Assembly (NCBI GenBank): GCA_964247055.1
Contig: OZ176057.1
Coordinates: 2,356,001 to 2,420,000, forward strand
Length of the DNA: 64,000 bases
Source of the DNA: Paragordius varius
Lineage: Eukaryota; Animalia; Nematomorpha
Direction of reading: 5' to 3'
Part shown: positions 25,236-38,700 of the stretch, piece by piece
How the letters are laid out: every line of letters begins with the position of its first letter
How positions within the stretch are numbered: the stretch's first letter is position 1
The notes under the pieces: generated by a model
What the model was told of the DNA's origin: nothing
Seen by the model: the letters and a program-made list of their open reading frames with translations, nothing else
Databases searched by the model: none
Program-made: the position numbers and the translations under genes

Positions 25236-27949
25236 TTGCTTCCTACGAAATATATTTATATATTTAAAAAAAATCTTTAGCAATCATATTTGATAATCTG
25301 TCCATATATTTAGTAATACTCACATTGAAAGTCATTATATAACCAAACATAATTATATATTATATAGATCTTATATAAAAATATTTTAATACATAAAGTG
25401 TTTAATTAGCGTTTATAGCGTTTTGAAATTTTTCATATGTAATTTATAATCATCCTAAAAATTATATTCAGAGGAATATTAAGGTAAAATATTATGATAT
25501 ATTAACGATTTTCATACGATCCAGGCATTTTTGCGTTTATAAAGACATAGCTCTTTATTATATCTTACTTTTAAGTAATAAGCATATGTAAAACCTAGTT
25601 TTATCGCGCTTTCATTTTCTCATTAGATTATGTTATTATTTTTTATCTTGGCAGTTCACGCTCCTTATCAGCATGTTTTTGTATTGAAAGTATTTGTTAG
25701 CTGGTGTCGGACTCTTTGTGATTACTTAATTAGGGAAAATTCACGCAGTTTTTAAAAATTTTATGACTTAAATATTCAACGGATAGTTGAAAAAGCAACT
25801 TGTCTTTATATTTGCATGGTTATATCATTGACTTTAAAACGTTTTGTGTCTTGTCCATTATAACTTCGTCTAAATTGCTTTCCTAAATACTTAATGGAAA
25901 AATAAGAGCTCTATGGTATTAAAATATCATATTCATCAAAAAAGTATAAGAATTATCATAGAGCTCTTGTTTTTTCATTCTTTAACAAATATTTATACCC
26001 ATTTAACGTAAAAAACAAATTTTTGATAAATTAAAGGATACATGACTAAAATACTTTAGCAATCGTTATGTTTGCTGCCATGGAATTAAATTAAACAAGG
26101 AAATTTTTTTACATATTTCTATATCTACCAAAAGGTTACTTTCGAGTAAGAAATCGGTGAGCAACGATACACGATTTTTCGCAAAATCCCAATATGATAT
26201 AGTTCTTTAAAACGATTAGTAACCAAAAAACCAAAAGCATCAAAATAATCTAGATACTTTTATTTAAAAAAACACACATATTATATCAGTTTTTCTGGTA
26301 TCTTTGTATAAATATCTCTATGTAACACATTTGACAATATTCATGACCAACTTTTTGATCGACAAAAATGATATGATATGCACTTGTGAAGGTTAGGTAA
26401 TCTTCATTTGATAATTTTTTATAGTTGTCCGCATATTAGAATTATTATAGTGTCATGATTAAAATTAGAGAATTTATTAATCTAATAAATTGATATTGAA
26501 GTTCGATTTTAAGTATAACAAGTATTTTGGTAATAACCAATGTATTATCTTAAATAAATATAATGTATAACAGTGATAATCAAACTACGGCCTAAAAGTG
26601 CTTTTCCATGGCCTGAATTATTTATTAAATTTTTTGATGCACCTAGTTTGAAGTTAATGCCTTCAAATGTGTCAGACTATGAAATTTTAATCAGTTTTAT
26701 GTCCCTAAGCAAGAAAAATATTTATGGTCCTTTAAGAATGTTTTGGTAAGTATCTTGGATCTGTAGTCGTAGGCGTCGGACTTGAAAACTAAGCGTGTAA
26801 TTGTTTTAGAATTCGACCAGAAACTTCATATGTTTTCATTTCATAACTGCAACCTAGGCAGGTGAGAATTTTCGGCTATAGCACATAAATTTGCTCTCCA
26901 TAATAAAATATTATTATAAATATGAGTGAATAAATAACACTGAAACCTAATACCCAAAAAAAACCGGATTAAAACTCGCAAAAATGTTTTGGCAGATTTA
27001 GGACTGTTTTTTTTATTTGCGGCATCAGCGTCTAAAGATAATGATTAAAAACCGGTCAATCGTTAATATTATATTTTATTTATAAGACTTGATTATTAAT
27101 GAAAATAAAGAGGTTTCCAACATGCGGTGTGCCGCCCGCTTAAAATTTGGTTTTGTGAAAAGCTTAAAAAATCTTTAATTTTTATTTCTATTTTTTCTGA
27201 ATTAGTATGACCACTACCAAGAACTAGAATAAAGCTATTATAGTGTTTTTGCATTTTTCAGTATTACTTCAAAAAACTGAAAATAATTAATAAGCCCTTG
27301 TTAGAATAAGGCCCGCCTATTTTTTCAAAAATGCAGCCCGTGAAGCTATTTATTTAGGGCACGCCTATTTGATTTGGTGTTATGTCCATAAAAGTTTAAA
27401 AATTATATAATCTACGGTGAAAATATAAAATTAATTTGACCATATTTCAATTATTTTAAATGTTTCTCCATTTCCTTGATTTAAAATTTTTGTAAATTTT
27501 ATGACAATAGACATCACAATAAAATGTCAAATGAATTTGGGAAAAAATGTGAAAAAATCCCCTTTAAAATATGTTTTTATCAAATGTAAATGTGTCGTAA
27601 TACACAGTAGCGCATGGTAAAAAATGAAGTTACATACAAATTCAAAACTAGTCGAAATATAAATGAAAATTTGTTTTAATTAATATTTTGTTTTTAAACA
27701 TACACACTACTGTATAAAAAAATATAAAAAATGTATATAAATTGTCTCTATTATAGTCATTGAATTCAAACTAAAAATTTAAATATTTAAAATTTGATTG
27801 ATATGTTTACATGTCTGTCCCATTTTTTATGTGTTGTATGGCTTTCATACAGTTGACCCTAATTTTTAAATGCATTCTTCAAAAAAACTATAAATATAGG
27901 GGAAACTTCAGATATTATTATAATTTATATTTTTAATAGGAAATATTTC

Positions 27950-28405
27950 ATGAGTCATTTACTATTCCATTTTTTCTTGTTAACTATTTTGCTTCTATGG
28001 TTTCAATTTTCAGTTATTGAAAGTAATTCAAATTAAATTTTATATGTTATATTAAGCTACACATTTATTAGTTTTTTTTAAACCGTAAAAAATGAACTCA
28101 GATGTGTATATACAGGTTCTTTTTACATTGTATAAATTCAAATTGATCGAAAAATAAAAGATTTAGTTCAATGCATATTATATATATATATATATATATT
28201 TATATTAAAACTTAAAATTTTCTAAATAACTCCTTTTTGTTTATAGATTTAAATATCGTCTCGATTTTCTGTTTTATGTATATAATTTTAAATTTTATTT
28301 TAAGGTATATGTCCAACCCATATATGCCCTGAAACGTGTAGACAAATATCTTTTATGGGGTGCCCATCTTATTGTCAGTGCGGATTTGGTGAAACCATTG
28401 GATAA
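27950..28405 (+). CDS. Small secreted cysteine-rich peptide with antistasin-like Cys spacing. Exons 27950-28022 and 28305-28405 (57 aa); may instead extend through micro-exons at 28541-28570 and 28649 onward
   Basis: Exon 1 encodes the hydrophobic signal-peptide-like MSHLLFHFFLLTILLLWFQFSVIE and ends in phase 1. Exon 2 is phase-compatible: (S)ICPTHICPETCRQISFMGCPSYCQCGFGETIG*. Cys spacing is C-x4-C-x3-C-x7-C-x3-C-x1-C. Confidence 0.65.
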
Positions 28406-31400
28406 AATATGATTTGTGCTTAAAATATAATATATCACCACAATGCCATTAAAAATTAAATTTGCAAACCTTTTAAAAAACCTATTTAAATAAATAATCA
28501 TACGTATTTTAACTAATCATTATTTTGATTAAAAACAAAGGTGATTACAAAAGCAGTTATTCAACGCAAGGTATGGTGATTAAATTCGGATAATTTATAT
28601 TTTTGTGGTCTTTCTTGTGTATAGATAATATTTAAATTTAAAGGTTAGGTGATTACATTGCTGTTTATAACAAAGGTAATGTGTTACCAAACATAGTGAG
28701 TAAAAAAATCAGAGTAAATGATTTTTACAATGACCGGAAGGGTTCTTTGAATATTGTTTTATGCAAAAATTGGAAAGCTTGAGATTTTTAGGGAGACTGA
28801 TACCCAAACAAATTTGACATAAAAGAGCATCTATTGAGTTAAGAAGCCATTAAAACCCATAAAAGTATAGTGAATTTAATGAAAGAGAAAGACCATTCTA
28901 CACGGTTAGGATATATTTTAAAGTATGACTACTTTTTTACGTATTATATATACAGTTACTATTAAAATTATTTATTAATTTAGTACATTTTAAAAACGAT
29001 TTATTTCGATTCAAATTTGGGTAATTAGACACTCAGCCCATATTTAATTTGATATTATAAAAAACTACAGTAAGGGGTGCAATTATTATCAATCACAACA
29101 AAAGGCACATAAATAAGCAAAAGATCTAAATAAAATTTTGTTTTTAAACAAATCCATATCAAAATACTTGGACGCCATTTATTAATAAAATTACAAATAT
29201 CGTGCTATTTTGATTTAAACGCTAATTAAAGTTTTTTATTACATCTAAGTTATAATGAACAGGTTGGTTTTTTAAATGTTGATATTTAGCTAATTCACAC
29301 TTATGTTGGATAAATTCTTTTAAATTTATTCATAATTAAGTTGACTCGTTTTTTAAAATATTATTATATATTTTAGTACTTCAATTTAATATAAGTGTTA
29401 ACTTTTGAATTGTTTCAATTTACATATAATAAATTTAAAATAGAGAGTGACCAAGGTCCCCATTAAATCGAAGGACTGATAATGTAAAGTATCCAGGTTT
29501 TAACACTCCATTAGTTTTTGGGGTTGTTTTATATCCCAGAGCGATTTAAAATTTGAATACTCTAAGGGTATTTAAGGTATTAAGCTAAATACAAAATTCC
29601 TCTTTAGCCATTTGGAAACATTAAAAATAATTTCTTAAAATAAAAGTAAAATAAATAAATCCGTATCTCAAACTTGCCGCCTATAATTTTTTTGAACGCT
29701 AATGCAACGGGCACATAAATGTATATTACGTTAGAAAATGTAAAAAATGGTTTTTAAAAAGCTTTAAAATTAATTTTTAGATCAAGGCTCCGAATGTCAT
29801 AAAATTATTCGCTCTTCCAAAAAGGGCTATTTTAAAATAAGCACAAAAATGCCGAGTTTGCCCGATAAAAATGTTAAATATGCTTAATTTTGATATCAAC
29901 TCAAAATATTTTAATAAAAAGTATACTTTTTGCATAAATTTATAGAGTAAAATTTTATGAAGCATACTTCATACTATATTAAGACATACTGGAAACAGTG
30001 TAAAAACGCTTTAATATATTATAAAAACACTTTTTCTAAATTATTAAATGCTGAACTTTCTATCACCGAATTTTGATTTAAATATTGGTTTGTAATAATA
30101 ATTGTGTTCAGAAATTTATAATTGAAAGCATATGAACCTTTAAATTTTCTGAAGCGATGGAAATATTTAGTGAAACCAAATCACATAGTTATAATATCAT
30201 ATCGTTTCCAATCTGCCTAAAATAGTATGAGGTACGCTTCAACAAAATTTTACTCCAAACTATATTATAAATTACCTAAAAGTAAAACAATATTATAAAT
30301 AATTTAATTTAGTAAATGTGAATTTCAAAAGTCCCAAATTTTTTCCTCTGCAAAAACGAGTTAGTTCTTTCAAAATAAACGCAAAATGGAGTGAATGCGC
30401 GATAAAATTATGAAATAAATTTTATTTGACATCAAATTTTTTTTAAAAGAATGCATACTATGCCAAAATTATTTACCATAGTTTGAAGCGTTTATGCTAT
30501 AATTAGTAATGATACAATATGGAAACATTATTAGATGTTATAAAAACAATTTTTCTCCTTAATTTTATGATGCTAAATTTTTTTTCACCTCAAAATGACA
30601 AAAAATATTAGTTCGTCTTCAAATTTATAATAAATATATTATCTGTTTTTTAATAAATTCTCCAAAATATGAAAGTAAACTATTTTGAAGCGTTAATATG
30701 TTAAGCATCATCAGATCATATAGAAAAAACTATCTAAAAGTGTATTGTTTCTAAGATACTAAAAAATAGTAGGATAAACTTTTAACAAAATTTGTGTGAA
30801 ATTTAATTTTTCTGCATATATATAATATTTAGAAATTCCGGCATTTTTGTCTTTTTTAAAGGCACTAGCCCATTTTATAGGGGCAAAAAAAATTGAGCCC
30901 ACATCTAAATTTAAATTATTTAAAAAATATTTTTTTGCTTTTTATAGGTACTTTATATTATATTTTTTTTTTCGAAGCATTTAGCTTCCCACAATATAAC
31001 TTTACCAAAAATGTGGTATATTTGCCATTTTCTGATATAAAGCACTCACCACAAAAGTGTAAATAACTATCTCATATTACTCGTAGGTGTCAAAACCAAA
31101 CTGATAATCTTTATAAATTTTACATAATATATAAATTTTGTTAGGTATTTTACACAGACCCCGACTTTGAACGCTGTGTAATGCGCCATAAAAAAAATGC
31201 TGTTTAAACAAGGACCGTTAATTATTACAATTTATTTATTGAAAATATGAATTGTTAAAGGGAATCATGCATTTCAAAAAAATTTTTCATCATAATCTAA
31301 CACATATAAATTAACTCGCCATTCAAGCACTTTCGCTTTTTTAGCAAAGTAGCCATAAGAGATTTAGAACTCATAGATTAACTTTCATAACATAATCGAC

Positions 31401-31498
31401 TCAATGTGCTATTATTTGTCATGTATGAATTTCTAATAATATAACAATAAAACTGAAATTTTTATACTTTCGTTAAAATATATGTGGACATAGGGCAT

Positions 31499-31891
31499 AT
31501 GAATGAACCAAAATCCCAATTGCCTACCTTTCAGGAAAGTTTTGAGAGGTTTTCCTATTAAATTACGTATAGGTTTAAAATACGACAGAAAAACCGAATG
31601 CATCGCGATCTGGCAGCTATAATAGCAGCAAACCTGTATGAAAAATCTAAAGAAATATTAAACACAAGCTTAAATGCCGCAGAAACTGAAATCCTGAATA
31701 GCCCGAATTTGGATAATTCTTGTTCATCTATAAAATCTCACAATTATGATAGTTTGTCAATAAATTCAAAAATAAAAGATGGACAAAATACGGGAACTTT
31801 TAAAAATAATTTAGATATGACGTTTCAAAATTTAACACATTTGACAACACCGCAAGGAGTTGTAGTTTATGAAAAACGTACAGCTTTATAA
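31499..31891 (+). CDS. Hypothetical protein, about 122 aa, exons 31499-31548 and 31573-31891 (24-nt intron)
   Basis: MNEPKSQLPTFQESFER joins FKIRQKNRMHRDLAAIIAANLYEK across gttttcctattaaattacgtatag, which contains an in-frame stop if retained. No family recognised. Confidence 0.65.
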
Positions 31892-31969
31892 TTATTTTAA
31901 ATATATTAATTATTTAAAGAAGATTATACAATTTATTATTATAAATTTTTTGAGACAAATAAATTATTT

Positions 31970-33164
31970 TTATCTGAATTTATTATTTTTCCAACGAATA
32001 TTGTTTTTTGATCTATCCAAACGATATTTGGCGATAGATATGCGTTTTGATCTTTTTTTCACAAAGTTTTTGTGTTTTAAATCGATTCTTGCATAATTTT
32101 CCGGCATTTTACGGATACTAATCCGTTTTTTTCTGCCCTCAATTTTTTCGTTATCGATAGATTGCATATTTATATCAGGAGGAGGGCTAACTGTATTAAT
32201 CATAGCTTGGGCTTCATTAGTATATTTATTAGGGTCATTTCCAACATGTCTCGTTGACTCTAGGGTTATTGTTGATTTATGTTGGTTCGAAAGATCTAAC
32301 AATTCACATAAAATTGATTTAGGTTTTTTCATTTCAGGGAGCTCAGATTTGTTGAATACATTGCAAAGATTATTATCATTATTATTATCGGTAAAGGAAT
32401 TTGAAAGTTGTGTATTCTTTTCATATTTTTGCGGGCTATAAGAATCGTCTGTATTGCTTCGGAAAATATCGCTTGGTTTATTATTAGTGAGATCATTTAA
32501 AACGGAATTACAACTCGTAATAAAAGCTCCAATTTTAGCCCTAAAAAGTGGTATTTTTCGTTCTACCAAGTTGTTTGTGGAATCAAAAACTGAGTAATTA
32601 TTGGTTTGAATTAAATTATCAGAAAATATGGAGGCATAATTTGTATATAAATCATCTTTAATATCAAAAGATATATTAGATTGAATCGAAACTGGATAGT
32701 TATCCAATTTAGGTAGCGTATTATTGATTGGTTTCTAACAATTTTAAAATATCATTTACTTGAGAATCGAATGCATCAAGACTTTGTGAATTTTCTTCAA
32801 AGAATTTATGTAGTTTTTTACTATAACCATTTAATATATTTTCTTTTTCTCCATCTATAACAATATAAATTAATTTACCTATATCAAAGTTATCAGATGC
32901 ATTATTGCGCTTAAAAGAATTTGATCGTCGAATTTTAACAATTTTATTGATAAATTCATGCGAATTACTCTTGTTAGTGTTTTCGTTTGTCGTAGGAAAT
33001 TTTAAATGATAATATTCAATGTAGGCTTCTCTAATTTCTTTCGGCGCTCCCTTCATATCATGTTTTTGAGGTTTTCGTTTATTTTCGGACACAAACCATT
33101 TTTCCCATAGAACAATTATAGATTTTAACCGATCTCGATACAATTTAATATCTGATTGTTCCAT
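31970..33164 (-). CDS. SLD2: Sld2/Drc1-like (RECQL4 N-terminus-like) replication initiation factor without a helicase domain, about 389 aa, exons 33164-32760 and 32734-31970 (25-nt intron)
   Basis: The N-terminus RLKSIIVLWEKWFVSENKRKPQKHDMKGAPKEIREAYIEYYHLK matches the recalled RECQL4/Sld2 helical domain ([36 protein letters not shown]). The C-terminal ENYARIDLKHKNFVK matches the NFVRLNMKQK motif. A 25-nt GT-AG intron joins the two supplied ORFs in frame. Confidence 0.85.
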
Positions 33165-33244
33165 TTATAAATTATTTCAAAATGAAATTGTTTAAACCAA
33201 GCGGTATATTATCTAATTAAAACATTCATAAAAACACCGGTGAC
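33165..33244. promoter_or_regulatory. Putative bidirectional promoter between the Sld2-like gene and TCF25 (80 bp)
   Basis: Divergent ATGs at 33164 (-) and 33245 (+). Confidence 0.6.
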
Positions 33245-35701
33245 ATGTCCAATCGGGCTTATAAAAAATTAGCAAGTCAAATAAATAATAATTTTGAAAT
33301 ATGTGATAAAAGCGACGATATATTAAACGCTAATCAAGGAACAACCTTCGATAGGATTTATATGGTATTGTATAAAAATTATCTAAAGTTATCCGAAGAA
33401 GATGAAAAAATTATTGAATGTAACACTGACATAGTTAATCTATGCAAAAAATCAAAGCGCAAATCTAAGAGAAAAGCTCACAAAATACCATCATTGCTTC
33501 CACAATTAGAACAAAATAATAGTTGTTCATCCAATAATCTATCAAATTGTCTAGATGTCAATATTAAGTAATATATGAATGGCTTATATTGTAGAAAACT
33601 AAATGCAAATCAAGAATTTGAGTCTTTTTTATTGACCAGCTTGAATTCAAATAAGAAAAAGTTGGTAAAAAATAAGCAGGTAACCCGTTTGATTACACCT
33701 GACCCTAATTGGCCCAATATGACCAAATTAGGTATAATTTTAAAGATATATTTATCTGATTATAAACGGTATTCAAATTAAGTTTATGTACAATAAAAAG
33801 TACTTAATGGAGTCATAATAATTTATATGGGGAAATTTAAATTATTAAAATTACCTGATCACTTAATTCCAGCTTTTATATGGGAACTCGAGCTCAGATT
33901 ATTGCTTATCTTTGTTTAAATATGATAAACCTAACTTTTACTTCGATAATTTCGTTCGAATCTTTATACCACCCAAATTATTCGACTGAAAAGACATAAT
34001 ATAAAATATTTTTGTTTAATATAGGGCAAATACTGTTAAAAAATATTTATTTTATTTATAAGCATGATATTTTTTATTTAGCGGGAATTAATTGAATCAA
34101 AACTTTTAAAGAATTTTTAAATATGGATACATTAATTTAAAATTGCTATGGGTTAGTCAACTATCCCAAAAGGTTGTGTTAAATGTTTCATTTACAATTG
34201 AATTTAAGATAAAACAAAACATAGAAAGTAGTACATATTTAATAATAAATTGAAGTAATATACATTGCTACATTTTTCATTAATTATAGCCTGATATAGT
34301 AAATAGAACAAACAGAAATATTATTGGTTATTATCAATAATAAAAAATGAAAAGTATAACTATAAGCCAATAATACTGCCCTTGGTTTCTCATACTATCT
34401 GGCAATAATTTGTAAATAGGCAATTTAGAGTATTATATGTTACCAATTTATTTGAAATGAAATTATATTTTATATAATATTTCACTTTTGTAGTTGTATT
34501 TTATTTTTTTTAAAAGGCTTATCAATGTCGGAACTTTGTGTCTCAGATCAAAACGATATATTTTGCAACAAAGTTGCTAATCATTCACCAATATCTATCG
34601 TCTATAAATTTGAACATAACGCTAAATACCGTATGTTACAATTACACTTTCTGCAAAACCTTGAAACAAATGATCCATCTCAATTAATGGTTTATTAGTG
34701 TTTGACTTTTGCTTTTTGGTTCACTTTTTACTATTTTATACTGTAAAAATTAAAATTATATACGGATAAAACGTTGAAATATAAAGACAAATTTGGTTTT
34801 TTAATTAAAAAACCATATAGATTTATAAATTCTGATTATATGAATAAGAGTCATTAGTGTTTATGATTGCAAAGTATAAAATAGATATGTTAATTGATAA
34901 TATAATCAATCACATATTTTACAATTGTAATTATAATTTATTTGTGTAAAATTAAGGTTAAAGTATGGTTGCCTAATACAAAAAATATTTGTCTTTATAT
35001 TTTTACGTTTTGTCCGTATAAAACAATTCAAGTTCTTCCTTAAACAATTAAAATTCACCCTTAAACAATTCAAATTCCTCAATTAATATATATGTTTTTT
35101 TTAAGATTAAATATTACCTATATTTTTATACATATTTAAAAATATAAAAATTTTATTTCTATTAAAATAATACTGAAAAAAAATTATAAATTATGCCATA
35201 AAAATATATTTAATATTAATAATGAGTTATATTAGTTCGGAAACACATAATTTATTTTTAGGGTGAAGGGTGAATTTGAATTGTTCGAGGGCGAATTTAA
35301 CTTTAAATGGTATACTTTTTATGTGCGAAATTACCTGTAGTTTTTATTGATACTAATTTTTTACATTTTTTATGTGTTTAATTTATTCTCTAATTATTTA
35401 AGAACACCTTTTCGAACATATATTAGCTCAAACTTTTGTTTGAAAGGATATACATACACGTTTTATATTTATAATAAATATCATATATATTTTACAATTC
35501 AAATTCACCCTAAAAATAAATTATGTGTTCGGGCTAATATTATTCATTATTATTCAAATGAAATATATCTTGCTTCAGTATTTAAATTTAAACAAAAAAT
35601 ATTTTTTTTCAATGTAAAAAATGTTGTTTCAAATCGAAATAAAAATATAATTTTTTTAAGGGTGAATTTGAATTGTTCAAGGGAAAATTTGAATTGTAAA
35701 T

Positions 35702-35738
<37 letters not shown>

Positions 35739-38700
35739 CAGGATATTTTTTCAACCCAACCATACCATGTGGATACTTTATTACAACTTAGCTTTATTTA
35801 TCGATTAAGGGGTGATTTCGATCAATCAGCCAAATTTATTGGTAAAATGATTTTTCCTTACAAATAAATATAATTTTTAAAGCGTTTTTTACATCAATAA
35901 TTTTTAGAAATGTTTATACGATATATGCATTTTAATGGTTGCTTATTACACACTGCTATGGTAGGGTAATTTGCAACACAGTAATGTATGGAAAAAAAAA
36001 GTTAGATAAACAATTATTTTTTTAAATGATTTTTTTACAAAAATTGTAATTTTTAAACGATTTTTTTCACAATTTCCAGAATTTTTAATTAATCCAAAAA
36101 ATAATTTTTATACCGTATATGCATTTTAATGGTTGCTTATTTCACACTGCTATGGTAGGGTAATTGGCAACACAATGGTGTATGGAAAAAAAGAACAAAA
36201 TGTTGAATAAAAAATGATTTTTTTAAATGATTTTTTTACAAAAATTGTAATTTTTAAACGCTTTTTGAACATCGATTTTCAGAAATTTTTATCAATCCAA
36301 AAATTAATTTATACAGTATATGCATTTTAATGGTTGCTTATTACACACTGCTATGGTAGGGTTATTCGCAACACAGTAGTGTATGGAAAAAAAGAAAAAA
36401 ATGTTCAATTAAATATTAAGATAGCGTTTTCCCCATATGTTATGAGATACTAATTATTTCCTTTCTTTTTTTCCCATACACTCTTGTGTTGCAAATTGCC
36501 CAACTATAGCAGTGTGAAAAAAAGCAATCATTAAAATGCATGTATTTATAATAACAATTGTTTATAATTTATATAAGAGTGTTTTATGATTTTTCCTACA
36601 AAAGGGGTAAAGAATTTATTTTTGATATATATAATATATGTTTAAAATTATTGTGTTTTAAATTTTTGTGTATCTTTTTAGTAAATCAAATCAAAATTAG
36701 GTTTTTTGGTTTGTAAAAGCAATGAGGTTATATACCATATTTTGGCTTAGTTATTTTTGATTGAAAATAGTTTGTTTGTCATTTTTTTGACTATTATAAA
36801 AAAGACTTTTAAATATGACTCAAAAAATACAGTAAAAACTGAAGTTTTTACGGACAAAATGTAAAATAAAGACAAATATTTTTTATAAAAGATAACCATA
36901 CTATTTAAATTTCGATTTATTTCAATATAATTCATTGTTTTGAATGGCAAAATGTGCAATAATAACTTACACCATCAATTCTATATTTTACAATTGTAAC
37001 TCAAATAGCCTATGTGAAAAAAATAAGGCTTTAAATAATATAGTAGTCTATTAGATTAAAATATTTGTCTTTATATTTTTACATTTTGTTTGTTTAATTT
37101 CAATTTTTCAAAACCTTTTTTCTACAAATTTACGAACCTATTTTGAACAAAATTATAAATGGTAATCGATGTAAATTGTTAAAACACATTTAGTTTTATA
37201 TATATATATATATAATAATATATCTTTATAAAAATTAAGATGATACTTTATCATGAGAAAAAAATAATATATTCCTTGACTTTTTTTCACTATTTTGACT
37301 TTATAATATTAACCTAAAAAAACGAATTTATAGTTTAATTAAATCTTTGCATGCCTTATTTCTATTTTTCTATGGAAATTTAGAATTAGCCCTTCATGCA
37401 ATGGAACAAAGTTTTCACCCGAAATTCAAATTGACAGATAGGGCTTTTTGTGTCTTACCCTACGCTTTTCAAAATAACCGGTTTTTTATTTCATTTTTTT
37501 AAAATTTAATTTAGTTTAAATTTTTTAAGGTAATTGCACAGATGTATTTTAATTTTTTTTTAAAAAATTAATGGGTATGTTAGACGTAAAATTTTTATTT
37601 TTGCATTTTTAAACATTTAAAGTCTAAAAATCTTAAAATATTCGATTGAAATAAAAAGATTGAAATAATATCGTAAATATTGTAGCAAAAATTGATCAAG
37701 TAACAACAATTTAAATTATGAAGAAATATTTTAATTATTTTGTAGTTTTTTATTGAGTTGAAAATTTTTTTAATAGAATTTTATCCCTAAAGCTATCTAT
37801 TTTTAAATTGTTTATAATGGATTTGAAATAATTAATTATATTTCTCTGGCTTTGTAAATATACCATATACAATAAAAATTTACCCTAAAATATATTGTCT
37901 TTTTGGGTTCATATAACCCATTATTAATATGAACTATATGTTTACGATATATTATTTTTTCATCATTACATTAATTTTAAACCAAATTTCATATATTTCA
38001 AAAACAATAAAAAATAAAAGTAAAAATGTGGTTATTTTAAGGTGTGAATTTGAATTGTTTGAAGATTGAATTTGAAAACTGATGGTATAGCCATTTTTAC
38101 TAACGAATTTTTTTATTTATTTCTCTGATTTATATATATACCATTTACAATTCAAATTCACCCTCATTTATAATATATGATTAGATTTTTTAAAATAAAA
38201 ATTTTTGGTTTAAATTAAAATAATACTGAAAAAATAATAACTATGCCATAAAGATATATTTCATATTAATAATGTGAGTTATTTTAGTCCGAATACACAT
38301 AATTTATTTTTAGAGTGAATTTGAATTTAAAAACTGTATAAATGGTATATTTTGGCTTTTTTTACTAACCCATTTTTTTTTATTTCATTTGTTGGATTTA
38401 TTTTTTATATTTTTATTTTAGATGCTTTCATATAGCATTATTTAATCACATCCTGAATTTGAATGCTTCAATGTTAACATGCACTGCCCTAGAAAATGCC
38501 AAACTTTTATTAAAGTATTACCTATTAATGTTATAACATTTTATAAATTTAAATATAATTTTATTTTAGTAAAAGCCCCTGGTCTTAATGTGATTTTATT
38601 TGAAAGTTAGGTTTTTTAAATGGTTGAATTTTTATAATATGCACTTTTTTTTGATTTGTATAATAAGGCATTTATTTCAAATAATTTTATTTTAATTGTT

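Noticed and set aside
19819-33229. Shared AACATTCAT 9-mer just upstream of the SRP68 and TCF25 start codons
   Set aside because: A rough estimate gives about 0.6 such matches by chance between two AT-rich spacers of this size, so it is not significant without more promoters.
33365-33388. Additional in-frame 24-nt GT-AG segment in TCF25 exon 1
   Set aside because: It has no stop or frameshift, so intron status cannot be decided from DNA alone; not counted among the short introns.
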